Shown here piece after piece: positions 24,030 to 35,762 of a stretch of 64,000 nucleotides of DNA. Every line of letters begins with the position of its first letter. Positions within the stretch are counted from its first letter, which is position 1. The translations under genes and the position numbers were made by a program. The notes beneath the pieces were generated by a model. That model made no database searches, was not told the origin of the DNA, and saw only the letters and a program-made list of their open reading frames with translations. Source of the stretch: Escherichia coli (GTDB taxonomy: Bacteria; Pseudomonadota; Gammaproteobacteria; Enterobacterales; Enterobacteriaceae); the NCBI RefSeq assembly GCF_016903815.1, contig NZ_CP069973.1; one strand, written 5' to 3'.

Positions 24030-24938
24030 ATGAAAACGGGATCTGAGTTTCATGTCGGTATCGTTGGCTTAGGGTCAATGGGAATGGGAGCAGCACTGTC
24101 ATGTGTCCGCGCAGGTCTTTCTACCTGGGGCGCAGACCTGAACAGCAATGCCTGCGCTACGTTGAAAGAGGCAGGTGCTTGCGGGGTTTCTGATAACGCC
24201 GCGACGTTTGCCGAAAAACTGGACGCTCTGCTGGTGCTGGTGGTCAATGCGGCCCAGGTTAAACAGGTGCTGTTTGGTGAAACAGGCGTTGCACAACATC
24301 TGAAACCCGGTACGGCAGTAATGGTTTCTTCCACTATCGCTAGTGCTGATGCGCAAGAAATTGCTACCGCTCTGGCTGGATTCGATCTGGAAATGCTGGA
24401 TGCGCCAGTTTCTGGTGGTGCAGTAAAAGCCGCTAACGGTGAAATGACTGTCATGGCCTCCGGTAGCAATATTGCCTTTGAACGACTGGCACCCGTGCTG
24501 GAAGCCGTTGCCGGAAAAGTTTATCGCATAGGTGCAGAACCGGGACTAGGTTCGACCGTAAAAATTATTCACCAGTTGTTAGCGGGCGTACATATTGCTG
24601 CCGGAGCCGAAGCGATGGCACTTGCAGCCCGTGCGGGGATCCCGCTGGATGTGATGTATGACGTCGTGACCAATGCCGCCGGAAATTCCTGGATGTTCGA
24701 AAACCGGATGCGTCATGTGGTGGATGGCGATTACACCCCGCATTCAGCCGTCGATATTTTTGTTAAGGATCTTGGTCTGGTTGCCGATACAGCCAAAGCC
24801 CTGCACTTCCCGCTGCCATTGGCCTCAACAGCATTGAATATGTTCACCAGCGCCAGTAACGCGGGTTACGGGAAAGAAGACGATAGCGCAGTTATCAAGA
24901 TTTTCTCTGGCATCACTCTACCGGGAGCGAAATCATGA
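24030..24938 (+). CDS. ygbJ: NAD-dependent L-threonate dehydrogenase (3-hydroxyisobutyrate dehydrogenase family)
   Basis: 302 aa; Rossmann GLGSMG motif. Confidence 0.85.
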   Translation: MKTGSEFHVGIVGLGSMGMGAALSCVRAGLSTWGADLNSNACATLKEAGACGVSDNAATFAEKLDALLVLVVNAAQVKQVLFGETGVAQHLKPGTAVMVSSTIASADAQEIATALAGFDLEMLDAPVSGGAVKAANGEMTVMASGSNIAFERLAPVLEAVAGKVYRIGAEPGLGSTVKIIHQLLAGVHIAAGAEAMALAARAGIPLDVMYDVVTNAAGNSWMFENRMRHVVDGDYTPHSAVDIFVKDLGLVADTAKALHFPLPLASTALNMFTSASNAGYGKEDDSAVIKIFSGITLPGAKS

Positions 24939-26197
24939 TCAAGATTGGCGTTATCGCCGATGATTTTACCGGCGCGACGGATATCGCCAGTTTTCTGGTG
25001 GAAAACGGTCTACCAACGGTACAAATTAACGGTGTTCCAACAGGTAAAATGCCGGAAGCAATCGACGCACTGGTGATCAGCCTGAAAACGCGTTCCTGTC
25101 CGGTTGTTGAAGCCACACAGCAATCGCTGGCGGCTCTGAGCTGGTTGCAACAGCAAGGTTGCAAACAGATCTATTTCAAATACTGCTCTACTTTCGACAG
25201 TACGGCGAAAGGTAATATCGGCCCGGTTACCGATGCATTAATGGATGCTCTCGACACGCCGTTTACGGTCTTCTCTCCGGCCCTGCCGGTCAACGGACGT
25301 ACGGTTTATCAGGGGTATTTGTTCGTAATGAATCAACTGCTGGCCGAATCTGGGATGCGCCATCACCCGGTAAATCCCATGACCGACAGCTATCTTCCCC
25401 GTCTGGTTGAAGCGCAATCCACAGGGCGCTGCGGCGTCGTTTCGGCACATGTTTTCGAACAAGGTGTGGATGCCGTTCGTCAAGAGCTGGCTCGCTTACA
25501 GCAAGAGGGCTACCGCTACGCGGTGCTTGATGCGCTGACCGAACACCATCTGGAAATTCAGGGAGAAGCCTTGCGCGATACCCCACTGGTAACGGGCGGT
25601 TCTGGTCTGGCGATTGGCCTTGCCCGGCAGTGGGCGCAAGAAAACGGTAACCAGGCTCGCAAAGCAGGGCATCCGCTCGCTGGGCGCGGCGTAGTGCTCT
25701 CCGGTTCATGCTCTCAAATGACCAACCGCCAGGTAGCACATTACCGTCAAATTGCACCAGCCCGTGAAGTTGATGTGGCACGCTGCCTCTCAATTGAAAC
25801 TCTGGCCGCTTATGCACACGAACTGGCAGAGTGGGTTCTGGGCCAGGAAAGTGTACTTGCTCCACTGGTTTTTGCCACCGCCAGCACTGACGCATTGGCA
25901 GCAATTCAACAGCAATACGGTGCACATAAAGCCAGTCAGGCAGTAGAAACACTGTTTTCTCAACTAGCAGCGCGGTTAGCAGCGGAAGGCGTGACACGCT
26001 TTATTGTCGCAGGCGGTGAGACCTCCGGCGTAGTCACACAGAGCCTGGGAATAAAAGGGTTTCATATTGGCCCAACCATTTCTCCCGGCGTGCCGTGGGT
26101 AAACGCACTGGATAAACCTGTCTCACTCGCCCTTAAATCTGGCAACTTCGGTGATGAAGCCTTTTTTTCACGAGCCCAAAGAGAGTTTTTATCATGA
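24935..26197 (+). CDS. ygbK: 3-oxo-tetronate kinase (four-carbon acid sugar kinase family)
   Basis: 420-aa ORF overlapping ygbJ stop (ATGA). Confidence 0.8.
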   Translation: MIKIGVIADDFTGATDIASFLVENGLPTVQINGVPTGKMPEAIDALVISLKTRSCPVVEATQQSLAALSWLQQQGCKQIYFKYCSTFDSTAKGNIGPVTDALMDALDTPFTVFSPALPVNGRTVYQGYLFVMNQLLAESGMRHHPVNPMTDSYLPRLVEAQSTGRCGVVSAHVFEQGVDAVRQELARLQQEGYRYAVLDALTEHHLEIQGEALRDTPLVTGGSGLAIGLARQWAQENGNQARKAGHPLAGRGVVLSGSCSQMTNRQVAHYRQIAPAREVDVARCLSIETLAAYAHELAEWVLGQESVLAPLVFATASTDALAAIQQQYGAHKASQAVETLFSQLAARLAAEGVTRFIVAGGETSGVVTQSLGIKGFHIGPTISPGVPWVNALDKPVSLALKSGNFGDEAFFSRAQREFLS

Positions 26198-26832
26198 GCG
26201 ATTTCGCAAAAGTAGAGCAGTCTTTGCGAGAGGAGATGACGCGGATTGCCAGTTCATTCTTTCAGCGCGGCTATGCAACCGGTTCGGCTGGCAATTTGTC
26301 GCTGCTTTTACCTGACGGGAATTTACTGGCGACACCGACAGGTTCATGCCTGGGCAATCTCGATCCGCAGCGGCTTTCCAAAGTCGCCGCGGATGGCGAA
26401 TGGTTAAGTGGTGACAAACCCTCGAAAGAGGTGCTCTTTCATCTGGCGCTGTATCGCAACAATCCGCGCTGTAAAGCGGTGGTGCATTTGCACAGCACAT
26501 GGTCGACGGCGCTTTCCTGCCTGCAAGGGCTGGACAGCAGCAACGTTATTCGTCCGTTCACACCATACGTGGTGATGCGGATGGGAAATGTCCCGCTGGT
26601 GCCTTATTACCGACCGGGCGATAAACGCATCGCACAGGATCTGGCGGAACTGGCAGCAGACAATCAGGCTTTTTTACTGGCAAATCATGGCCCAGTGGTT
26701 TGCGGTGAAAGCCTGCAAGAAGCCGCCAACAATATGGAAGAGCTGGAGGAAACGGCAAAGCTGATTTTTATTCTCGGTGACCGCCCGATCCGTTATCTGA
26801 CCGCAGGTGAAATTGCGGAATTAAGGAGTTAA
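26194..26832 (+). CDS. ygbL: Class II aldolase/adducin-family decarboxylase
   Basis: 212-aa ORF overlapping ygbK stop. Confidence 0.8.
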   Translation: MSDFAKVEQSLREEMTRIASSFFQRGYATGSAGNLSLLLPDGNLLATPTGSCLGNLDPQRLSKVAADGEWLSGDKPSKEVLFHLALYRNNPRCKAVVHLHSTWSTALSCLQGLDSSNVIRPFTPYVVMRMGNVPLVPYYRPGDKRIAQDLAELAADNQAFLLANHGPVVCGESLQEAANNMEELEETAKLIFILGDRPIRYLTAGEIAELRS

Positions 26833-26836
26833 TGCA

Positions 26837-27613
26837 ATGCCTCGTTTTGCAGCTAATTTATCCATGATGTTCACCGAAGTGCCTTTTATTGAACGCTTCG
26901 CCGCAGCGCGAAAAGCCGGGTTCGATGCTGTGGAATTTCTGTTTCCCTATGACTACTCCACCCTGCAAATCCAAAAGCAACTGGAGCAAAACCATCTGAC
27001 ACTGGCGCTGTTCAATACCGCTCCCGGAGATATTAATGCGGGGGAATGGGGATTATCCGCCCTTCCCGGACGTGAGCACGAAGCACACGCAGACATCGAC
27101 CTGGCACTGGAATATGCATTGGCGCTCAATTGTGAACAAGTCCATGTGATGGCAGGCGTCGTGCCCGCTGGCGAAGATGCTGAACGGTACAGGGCAGTAT
27201 TTATCGATAATCTCCGCTACGCTGCCGACCGCTTTGCGCCACACGGCAAGCGAATATTAGTTGAAGCACTCAGCCCCGGCGTTAAGCCTCATTATCTCTT
27301 CTCCAGCCAGTATCAGGCACTGGCTATTGTTGAAGAAGTTGCGCGAGATAACGTGTTTATTCAACTAGATACTTTTCATGCGCAAAAAGTAGATGGCAAC
27401 CTGACGCATTTAATCCGCGACTACGCCGGGAAATATGCGCACGTACAAATTGCCGGACTACCTGATCGACATGAACCGGACGATGGAGAAATCAACTATC
27501 CGTGGCTGTTCCGCCTGTTCGATGAGGTGGGATATCAGGGCTGGATCGGTTGTGAATATAAACCTCGTGGCCTCACCGAAGAAGGGCTTGGCTGGTTTGA
27601 CGCCTGGCGCTAA
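26837..27613 (+). CDS. ygbM: Hydroxypyruvate-isomerase-like (TIM barrel) 2-oxo-tetronate isomerase
   Basis: 258-aa ORF. Confidence 0.8.
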   Translation: MPRFAANLSMMFTEVPFIERFAAARKAGFDAVEFLFPYDYSTLQIQKQLEQNHLTLALFNTAPGDINAGEWGLSALPGREHEAHADIDLALEYALALNCEQVHVMAGVVPAGEDAERYRAVFIDNLRYAADRFAPHGKRILVEALSPGVKPHYLFSSQYQALAIVEEVARDNVFIQLDTFHAQKVDGNLTHLIRDYAGKYAHVQIAGLPDRHEPDDGEINYPWLFRLFDEVGYQGWIGCEYKPRGLTEEGLGWFDAWR

Positions 27614-27701
27614 TTCGTTAAATCCCTAATTACAACGTACCCATACATCCCCCCATCTACGGATGGGGTAGGTTAACTATAACTTTCAGACAGGGTTTCC
27701 C

Positions 27702-29066
27702 ATGTCCACAATTACATTGTTATGCATTGCGTTAACTGGCGTAATCATGCTGTTGCTGCTGGTCATCAAGGCAAAGGTACAACCATTCGTTGCTCTGCTC
27801 CTCGTCAGCCTGTTAGTCGCACTTGCGGCGGGTATACCGGCGGGCGAAGTGGGTAAAGTGATGATCGCCGGGATGGGCGGTGTGCTTGGTTCCGTCACTA
27901 TTATTATTGGTCTGGGCGCTATGCTGGGGCGTATGATCGAACACTCTGGTGGTGCAGAGTCACTGGCTAATTATTTCAGTCGCAAGTTAGGTGACAAACG
28001 AACTATCGCTGCGCTGACTCTGGCAGCGTTCTTCCTCGGTATTCCCGTCTTCTTTGATGTCGGCTTTATTATTCTTGCGCCAATCATTTACGGTTTTGCC
28101 AAGGTTGCCAAAATATCGCCACTCAAATTTGGCCTGCCTGTCGCTGGAATCATGCTAACTGTTCATGTGGCGGTACCGCCGCATCCAGGCCCTGTCGCCG
28201 CAGCGGGGTTACTCCACGCAGACATCGGCTGGCTAACCATCATCGGTATTGCGATTTCTATTCCCGTAGGGATTGTTGGCTACTTTGCAGCGAAAATAAT
28301 CAATAAGTGCCAATATGCGATGTCGGTGGAAGTACTGGAACAGATGCAACTGGCTCCGGCCAGTGAGGAAGGCGCGACAAAATTAAGCGATAAAATAAAT
28401 CCACCGGGCGTCGCGCTGGTCACCTCGCTAATTGTTATTCCTATCGCGATTATCATGGCGGGTACGGTTTCCGCAACACTGATGCCGCCTTCGCATCCCC
28501 TGCTTGGTACGCTACAGCTGATCGGCTCACCAATGGTAGCTCTAATGATTGCGCTGGTGCTGGCATTCTGGTTATTGGCTTTACGTCGCGGCTGGAGCTT
28601 ACAACACACCAGCGACATTATGGGCTCAGCCCTTCCCACCGCGGCGGTAGTGATTTTGGTTACTGGTGCTGGAGGGGTATTTGGCAAAGTGCTGGTGGAA
28701 TCGGGCGTCGGCAAAGCCCTTGCCAACATGCTACAAATGATTGACCTGCCTCTGTTACCAGCCGCATTTATTATTTCACTGGCGCTGCGTGCATCGCAGG
28801 GGTCAGCAACCGTAGCAATCCTGACAACCGGCGGGTTACTCTCAGAAGCGGTGATGGGATTGAATCCGATTCAGTGCGTATTGGTGACGCTGGCAGCCTG
28901 CTTTGGTGGGCTTGGCGCGTCACATATTAATGACTCAGGGTTCTGGATTGTGACCAAATATCTGGGGTTATCGGTAGCAGACGGTCTGAAAACCTGGACA
29001 GTGTTAACGACCATTCTCGGTTTTACCGGATTCTTAATTACCTGGTGCGTATGGGCGGTAATTTGA
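27702..29066 (+). CDS. ygbN: GntP-family transporter
   Basis: 454-aa polytopic membrane ORF. Confidence 0.85.
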   Translation: MSTITLLCIALTGVIMLLLLVIKAKVQPFVALLLVSLLVALAAGIPAGEVGKVMIAGMGGVLGSVTIIIGLGAMLGRMIEHSGGAESLANYFSRKLGDKRTIAALTLAAFFLGIPVFFDVGFIILAPIIYGFAKVAKISPLKFGLPVAGIMLTVHVAVPPHPGPVAAAGLLHADIGWLTIIGIAISIPVGIVGYFAAKIINKCQYAMSVEVLEQMQLAPASEEGATKLSDKINPPGVALVTSLIVIPIAIIMAGTVSATLMPPSHPLLGTLQLIGSPMVALMIALVLAFWLLALRRGWSLQHTSDIMGSALPTAAVVILVTGAGGVFGKVLVESGVGKALANMLQMIDLPLLPAAFIISLALRASQGSATVAILTTGGLLSEAVMGLNPIQCVLVTLAACFGGLGASHINDSGFWIVTKYLGLSVADGLKTWTVLTTILGFTGFLITWCVWAVI

Positions 29067-29072
29067 CCTTAA

Positions 29073-29106
29073 TAAAAAGGTCCGATGGGCATCGGACCTT
29101 TTATTT
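29073..29106. terminator. Bidirectional rho-independent terminator between ygbN and decarboxylase operon
   Basis: AAAAA-ggtccgat-gggc-atcggacc-TTTTATTT; 8-bp GC-rich stem flanked by A and T runs. Confidence 0.7.
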
Positions 29107-29341
29107 AGCGCTTACCTTCCGCCAGCAGCGGCGGGATGCTCGGCACCATCGGCGCGTCATCAATATCTTTCTGTGTCATGCGGAACGCTTCGGGATAATG
29201 TTCGCGGCTGGTGCGGCGTAGCGGTTCGGTATCGCGCCAGGTATAGAGGCAATGCTGGCACTGGTAGACCGTCCAGACATCTTTTACCGGCGATTTCGCC
29301 ATCACTTCAATCTGTTCATCAGCACAACGTGGACAAATCAT
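29105..29341 (-). CDS. ecdD: Small subunit D of non-oxidative hydroxyarylic acid decarboxylase
   Basis: 78 aa with zinc-ribbon-like CPRC...CQHC; directly downstream of UbiD-like gene. Confidence 0.7.
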   Translation of the reverse strand: MICPRCADEQIEVMAKSPVKDVWTVYQCQHCLYTWRDTEPLRRTSREHYPEAFRMTQKDIDDAPMVPSIPPLLAEGKR

Positions 29342-29351
29342 CTTGTTCTCC

Positions 29352-30779
29352 TTATTTACGTGCGGCCAGCATAGCGGTCAGTTTTTCAGCCCAGGCTTTG
29401 GTTTCCGGTAAATCCACCACCGGCTGGCTGTAGTGACCACGGTTGTCCGGGGCGACAGGCGTGGTGGCGTCGATAATCAGCTTGTCGGTGATACCGGCCG
29501 GGCTTGAGCCGGGGTCGAGTTCCAGCACGGACATATTCGGCAACTGCACCAAATCCCCTGCCGGGTTCACTTTCGAAGAGAGCGCCCACATCACCTGCGG
29601 CAGGTTGAACGGATCAACGTCTTCATCGACCATAATCACCATCTTCACGTAGCCCAGACCGTGTGGCGTGGTCATCGCACGCAGGCCCACCGCGCGGGCA
29701 AAGCCACCGTAGCGTTTTTTGGTGGAGATAATCGCCAGCAGGCCGTGGGTGTACATGGCGTTCACCGCCTGCACTTCCGGGAACTCGGCTTTCAGTTGCT
29801 GATACAGCGGCACGCAGGTGGCTGGCCCCATCAGGTAGTCGATTTCTGTCCACGGCATGCCGAGGTACAGCGATTCGAAAATCGGCCTGGTGCGGTAAGA
29901 GACTTTATCGATACGCACCACGGTCATGTTACGCCCGCCGGAGTAGTGCCCGGTAAACTCACCGAACGGCCCTTCGATTTCGCGTTTACGACTTTCGATG
30001 ACCCCTTCGAGGATCACTTCTGAACCCCACGGCACATCAAAACCAGTCAGCGGGGCGGTGGCGATCGGGTACGGGCTTTCACGCAGCGCGCCTGCCATTT
30101 CGTACTCGGACTGATCATATTTCAGCGGCGTGGCCCCCATCAGCGTGATGATCGGATCGTTACCCAAGGTGATGGCAATCGGCAGATCTTCACCGCGTTC
30201 TTCCGCTTTATGCAGATGCAGGGCGATATCGTGCATCGGCACCGGTTGCAGGCCGAGCTTACGTTTGCCCTTCACTTCCATACGATAGATACCGACGTTC
30301 TGCTTGCCGAAGTTATCCGGGTCGAGCGGATCGCGGGAAACCACGCACGCTTTGTCGAGATAGAAACCGCCATCGCCATCGTTTAAACGAAACAGCGGCA
30401 GGATATCGAACAGGTTGATCTCGTCGCCATCGACGGTGTTCTGCGCCCAGGCTGGATTGGCGCGGCGCTCCGGGGCAATCGGGAAGTTATCCCAGCGGCG
30501 GATAAACTCATCAATCTGCTTTTTGACCGGGGTGTTTGGCGGCAGGCCGAGGGAAATCGCGTGGTTCTGCCAGGAACCGATGGTATTCATCGCCACACGG
30601 GCATCGGTAAAGCCGCGAATATTGTCAAACCACAGCGCGGGCGCGCCGTCGCCGATACGCCCGGTGGCGTTAGCTGCTGCTGCCAGATCCGGTTCCGCGT
30701 TCACCTCTTCGCTGATTTTCAGTAACTGTCCGTGGTCATCAAGCGCCTGTAAAAAGCTGCGTAAATCATCAAATGCCAT
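29352..30779 (-). CDS. ecdC: UbiD-family (prFMN-dependent) aromatic acid decarboxylase subunit C
   Basis: 475 aa; UbiD-family similarity throughout. Confidence 0.8.
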   Translation of the reverse strand: MAFDDLRSFLQALDDHGQLLKISEEVNAEPDLAAAANATGRIGDGAPALWFDNIRGFTDARVAMNTIGSWQNHAISLGLPPNTPVKKQIDEFIRRWDNFPIAPERRANPAWAQNTVDGDEINLFDILPLFRLNDGDGGFYLDKACVVSRDPLDPDNFGKQNVGIYRMEVKGKRKLGLQPVPMHDIALHLHKAEERGEDLPIAITLGNDPIITLMGATPLKYDQSEYEMAGALRESPYPIATAPLTGFDVPWGSEVILEGVIESRKREIEGPFGEFTGHYSGGRNMTVVRIDKVSYRTRPIFESLYLGMPWTEIDYLMGPATCVPLYQQLKAEFPEVQAVNAMYTHGLLAIISTKKRYGGFARAVGLRAMTTPHGLGYVKMVIMVDEDVDPFNLPQVMWALSSKVNPAGDLVQLPNMSVLELDPGSSPAGITDKLIIDATTPVAPDNRGHYSQPVVDLPETKAWAEKLTAMLAARK

Positions 30780-31372
30780 TATTCATTCTCCTGAGAAAAA
30801 TTCCGGACCTGCGGCAATCCTTGCCAGCGCCTGGCGTGGGGATGTTCGAGGCCAAATTGATCCAGCACGCGGGCTACCACGTGGTGGACAATGTCATCTA
30901 CCGTTTCGGGATGGTTATAAAAGGCAGGCATCGGCGGCACCATCGCCACGCCCATGCGTGAAAGTGCGAGCATATTTTCGAGATGGATGGTGCTAAGCGG
31001 CATTTCACGCGGCACCAGCACTAGTTTGCGGCCTTCTTTGAGCACGACGTCCGCCGCGCGCCCTACCAGGCCATCGGCGTAACCGACACGGATACCGGCG
31101 AGCGTTTTCATACTGCACGGAATAACGATCATGCCGTCGGTACGAAAGGAACCTGAGGAGATGGTCGCCGCCTGATCCGCCGGGTTATGACTGAAGTCTG
31201 CGAGGGCAGCAACATCGCGAGCGCTGTAAGGCGTTTCCAGTTCAATGGTGGTTTTCGCCCACTTCGACATCACCAGATGAGTCTCGACATTCGGCATCTC
31301 CCGCAGCGCTTGCAGTAATGCCACCCCAAGAGGCGCACCGGTAGCCCCTGTCATCCCGACGATCAGTCTCAT
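30779..31372 (-). CDS. ecdB: UbiX-like flavin prenyltransferase (decarboxylase subunit B)
   Basis: 197 aa; UbiX/Pad1 motifs (GMTGATGA, IVIPCSMKTLAG). Confidence 0.8.
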   Translation of the reverse strand: MRLIVGMTGATGAPLGVALLQALREMPNVETHLVMSKWAKTTIELETPYSARDVAALADFSHNPADQAATISSGSFRTDGMIVIPCSMKTLAGIRVGYADGLVGRAADVVLKEGRKLVLVPREMPLSTIHLENMLALSRMGVAMVPPMPAFYNHPETVDDIVHHVVARVLDQFGLEHPHARRWQGLPQVRNFSQENE

Positions 31373-31518
31373 TGTTTATTCTCTTAATTGTTCGTATACG
31401 AACGTTATTATTAAAATACGCCTCTGTTTTCATCGCGGCAAGCACTGAAAAGTAACAACATCTTCTTCGTCACTGAAAAACCGCTATGATAGCAGCAGAT
31501 AGTTTGCCCGGAGTTTAC

Positions 31519-31926
31519 ATGGCGTTACGAAATAAAGCGTTCCATCAGTTACGACAGCTTTTTCAGCAGCACACGGCTCGCTGGCAGCACGAGTTACCTG
31601 ACCTCACCAAACCACAGTACGCGGTGATGCGCGCCATTGCTGATAAGCCTGGTATCGAACAGGTGGCACTGATAGAAGCAGCAGTCAGCACCAAAGCAAC
31701 GCTGGCAGAAATGTTGGCAAGAATGGAAAATCGTGGCTTAGTCAGACGTGAACATGACGCCGCTGACAAGCGGCGTCGCTTTGTCTGGCTGACTGCCGAA
31801 GGAGAAAAGGTACTTGCTGCGGCGATCCCCATTGGTGACAGTGTGGATGAGGAATTTTTGGGGCGTTTGAGTGCAGAAGAGAAGGAGCTGTTTATGCAGT
31901 TGGTGCGCAAGATGATGAGCAAATAG
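31519..31926 (+). CDS. MarR-family transcriptional regulator, divergent from decarboxylase operon
   Basis: Winged-helix MarR signature; start placed at ATG 31519 with GGAG RBS (ORF track begins 31486). Confidence 0.75.
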   Translation: MALRNKAFHQLRQLFQQHTARWQHELPDLTKPQYAVMRAIADKPGIEQVALIEAAVSTKATLAEMLARMENRGLVRREHDAADKRRRFVWLTAEGEKVLAAAIPIGDSVDEEFLGRLSAEEKELFMQLVRKMMSK

Positions 31927-31989
31927 GATGCTGATTGCCGGGTAGGACGCTGACGAGTCTTATCCAGGCGACAAAACACACCGACTTCC

Positions 31990-32028
31990 CAAACAAAAGA
32001 AAAAGGCCAGCCTCGCTTGAGACTGGCC
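31990..32028 (-). terminator. rpoS rho-independent terminator
   Basis: ggccag...ctggcc stem followed on minus strand by TTTTTCTTTTGTTT. Confidence 0.6.
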
Positions 32029-32046
32029 TTTCTGACAGATGCTTAC

Positions 32047-33039
32047 TTACTCGCGGAACAGCGCTTCGATATTCAGCCCCTGCGTTTGCAGGATTTCGCG
32101 CAAACGGCGCAGGCCTTCAACCTGAATCTGGCGAACACGTTCACGGGTGAGGCCAATTTCACGACCTACATCTTCCAGTGTTGCCGCTTCGTACCCCAGC
32201 AAACCGAATCGACGTGCCAGTACTTCACGCTGTTTGGCGTTCAGCTCGAACAGCCATTTGACGATGCTCTGCTTCATATCGTCATCTTGCGTGGTATCTT
32301 CCGGACCGTTCTCTTTTTCATCGGCCAGGATGTCCAGCAACGCTTTTTCGGAATCACCACCCAGCGGGGTGTCTACCGAGGTAATGCGCTCGTTAAGACG
32401 AAGCATACGGCTGACGTCATCAACTGGCTTATCCAGTTGCTCTGCGATCTCTTCCGCACTTGGTTCGTGGTCCAGTTTATGGGACAACTCGCGTGCGGTT
32501 CGCAGGTAAACGTTCAGCTCCTTTACGATGTGAATCGGCAAACGAATAGTACGGGTTTGGTTCATAATCGCCCGTTCGATCGTCTGGCGAATCCACCAGG
32601 TTGCGTATGTTGAGAAGCGGAAACCACGTTCCGGGTCAAACTTCTCTACCGCGCGGATCAGCCCCAGGTTGCCCTCTTCGATCAGGTCCAGCAACGCCAG
32701 ACCACGATTGCCATAACGGCGGGCAATTTTTACCACCAGACGCAAGTTACTCTCGATCATCCGGCGGCGGGAGGCAACATCTCCACGCAGTGCGCGACGC
32801 GCAAAATAAACTTCTTCTTCGGCCGTTAACAGTGGTGAATAACCAATCTCACCAAGGTAAAGCTGAGTCGCGTCCAACACACGCTGTGTGGCTCCCTGCG
32901 ATAACAGTTCCTCTTCGGCCAAATCGTTATCACTGGGTTCCTCTTCTACTAAGGCCTTTTCGTCAAAAACCTCAACTCCGTTCTCATCAAATTCCGCATC
33001 TTCATTTAAATCATGAACTTTCAGCGTATTCTGACTCAT
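32047..33039 (-). CDS. rpoS: RNA polymerase sigma-S (sigma-38)
   Basis: 330 aa from [14 protein letters not shown]; sigma-70 family regions 2-4; full-length with no internal stop. Confidence 0.95.
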   Translation of the reverse strand: MSQNTLKVHDLNEDAEFDENGVEVFDEKALVEEEPSDNDLAEEELLSQGATQRVLDATQLYLGEIGYSPLLTAEEEVYFARRALRGDVASRRRMIESNLRLVVKIARRYGNRGLALLDLIEEGNLGLIRAVEKFDPERGFRFSTYATWWIRQTIERAIMNQTRTIRLPIHIVKELNVYLRTARELSHKLDHEPSAEEIAEQLDKPVDDVSRMLRLNERITSVDTPLGGDSEKALLDILADEKENGPEDTTQDDDMKQSIVKWLFELNAKQREVLARRFGLLGYEAATLEDVGREIGLTRERVRQIQVEGLRRLREILQTQGLNIEALFRE

Positions 33040-33101
33040 AAGGTGGCTCCTACCCGTGATCCCTTGACGGAACATTCAAGCAAAAGCCTGGTTCCGCCGA
33101 T

Positions 33102-34241
33102 TTATCGCTGCGGCAAATAACGCAGCGGGTTTACGGATTTCCCCTTGTAACGAATTTCAAAATGCAAGCGTGTTGAACTGGTTCCGGTGCTACCCATGGT
33201 TGCTATTTTTTGCCCCGCCTTCACTTCTTGTTGTTCCCGGACCAGCATTGTGTCGTTATGGGCGTAGGCACTCAGGTAATCATCATTATGTTTGATGATA
33301 ATCAGATTACCGTAGCCGCGCAGCGCGTTACCGGCATAAACAACGCGGCCATCTGCGGTCGCGATAATTGCCTGTCCTTTGCTGCCTGCGATATCAATCC
33401 CCTTGTTGCCCCCCTCAGAAGCGCCAAAGGTTTCGATCACTTTGCCCTCAGTCGGCCAGCGCCAGGTGGAGATAGGCGTACTGGTTGATGTACTGCTGAC
33501 AGTCGGCTCGGTTGTGCTTGCTGTTGGCACCGTTACAGGCGCTGTGACCGTGGTCGCAGTTGGCTTGTTGTTCGGCAACATTTTGTTAGCACTCTGTTCA
33601 CCCGAAGACTCAGAATACGTAATTGTCGGTTGCGACGCAACAGCAACGGTGGAATTTTGTGCAGGCTTGATCACAACTCCTTGCTCTGCTGCGTCGGCCT
33701 GGGTAATGGCATTTCCGCCAGTGATTGGCGTACCGGAAGCATTACCCACCTGCAAGGTCTGACCAACGTTCAGCGCGTATGGTGCCTGAATATTGTTGCG
33801 CTGAGCAAGGTCACGGAAATCGTTGCCAGTAATCCAGGCGATATAGAAAAGTGTGTCGCCTTTTTTCACGGTATAGGTACTGCCGCTATAACTGCCTTTC
33901 GGAATGTTCCCATACTGACGGTTATAGACGATGCGTCCGTTTTCCATCTGTACCGGCTGCTGAGCTACTGGCTGCACCGGCTGGATTTGCGGTTGTTGAG
34001 TGGCCTGAATTTGTGGCTGCTGTACCGGCTGAATTTGCGGTTGCTGAGCTGTAGACGTCGTTCCCATTTTCGGCGGCGGCGTAATCAACATACCAGAATT
34101 GGTATTTGCAGGCGCATTGCCATTAACGGAGCTGACCGGTGCCGGTGGATTTGAAGTGTCAGAACAGCCTGCCAGCCATAGCGAAACCAGTGACAAAGCC
34201 GCAATGCGGCGAACGGTGAATTTTGGGCTTCCCGCGCTCAT
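33102..34241 (-). CDS. nlpD: Murein hydrolase activator NlpD (LysM + M23 peptidase lipoprotein)
   Basis: 379 aa; lipobox LAGCS, Gln/Pro-rich repeats, LysM ([13 protein letters not shown]), C-terminal M23 domain. Confidence 0.9.
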   Translation of the reverse strand: MSAGSPKFTVRRIAALSLVSLWLAGCSDTSNPPAPVSSVNGNAPANTNSGMLITPPPKMGTTSTAQQPQIQPVQQPQIQATQQPQIQPVQPVAQQPVQMENGRIVYNRQYGNIPKGSYSGSTYTVKKGDTLFYIAWITGNDFRDLAQRNNIQAPYALNVGQTLQVGNASGTPITGGNAITQADAAEQGVVIKPAQNSTVAVASQPTITYSESSGEQSANKMLPNNKPTATTVTAPVTVPTASTTEPTVSSTSTSTPISTWRWPTEGKVIETFGASEGGNKGIDIAGSKGQAIIATADGRVVYAGNALRGYGNLIIIKHNDDYLSAYAHNDTMLVREQQEVKAGQKIATMGSTGTSSTRLHFEIRYKGKSVNPLRYLPQR

Positions 34242-34380
34242 TTATCCCCCAGGAAAAATTGGTTAATAACCAGTGACATAATTACCGTGCAAGGCACCAT
34301 ACTGAACACTGGAAAAGATGTTCACGATACGCTGACCTGCGGCAAAATAACCAGGAAAAATCCAGGTATTTCCTCACGTT

Positions 34381-35742
<1,362 letters not shown>

Positions 35743-35762
<20 letters not shown>

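Noticed and set aside
29105-31926. Possibility that the ygbN-rpoS insert is a prophage remnant or integron
   Set aside because: No integrase, recombinase, tRNA or att-like repeats are present; the content is a metabolic operon with a regulator and clean terminators.
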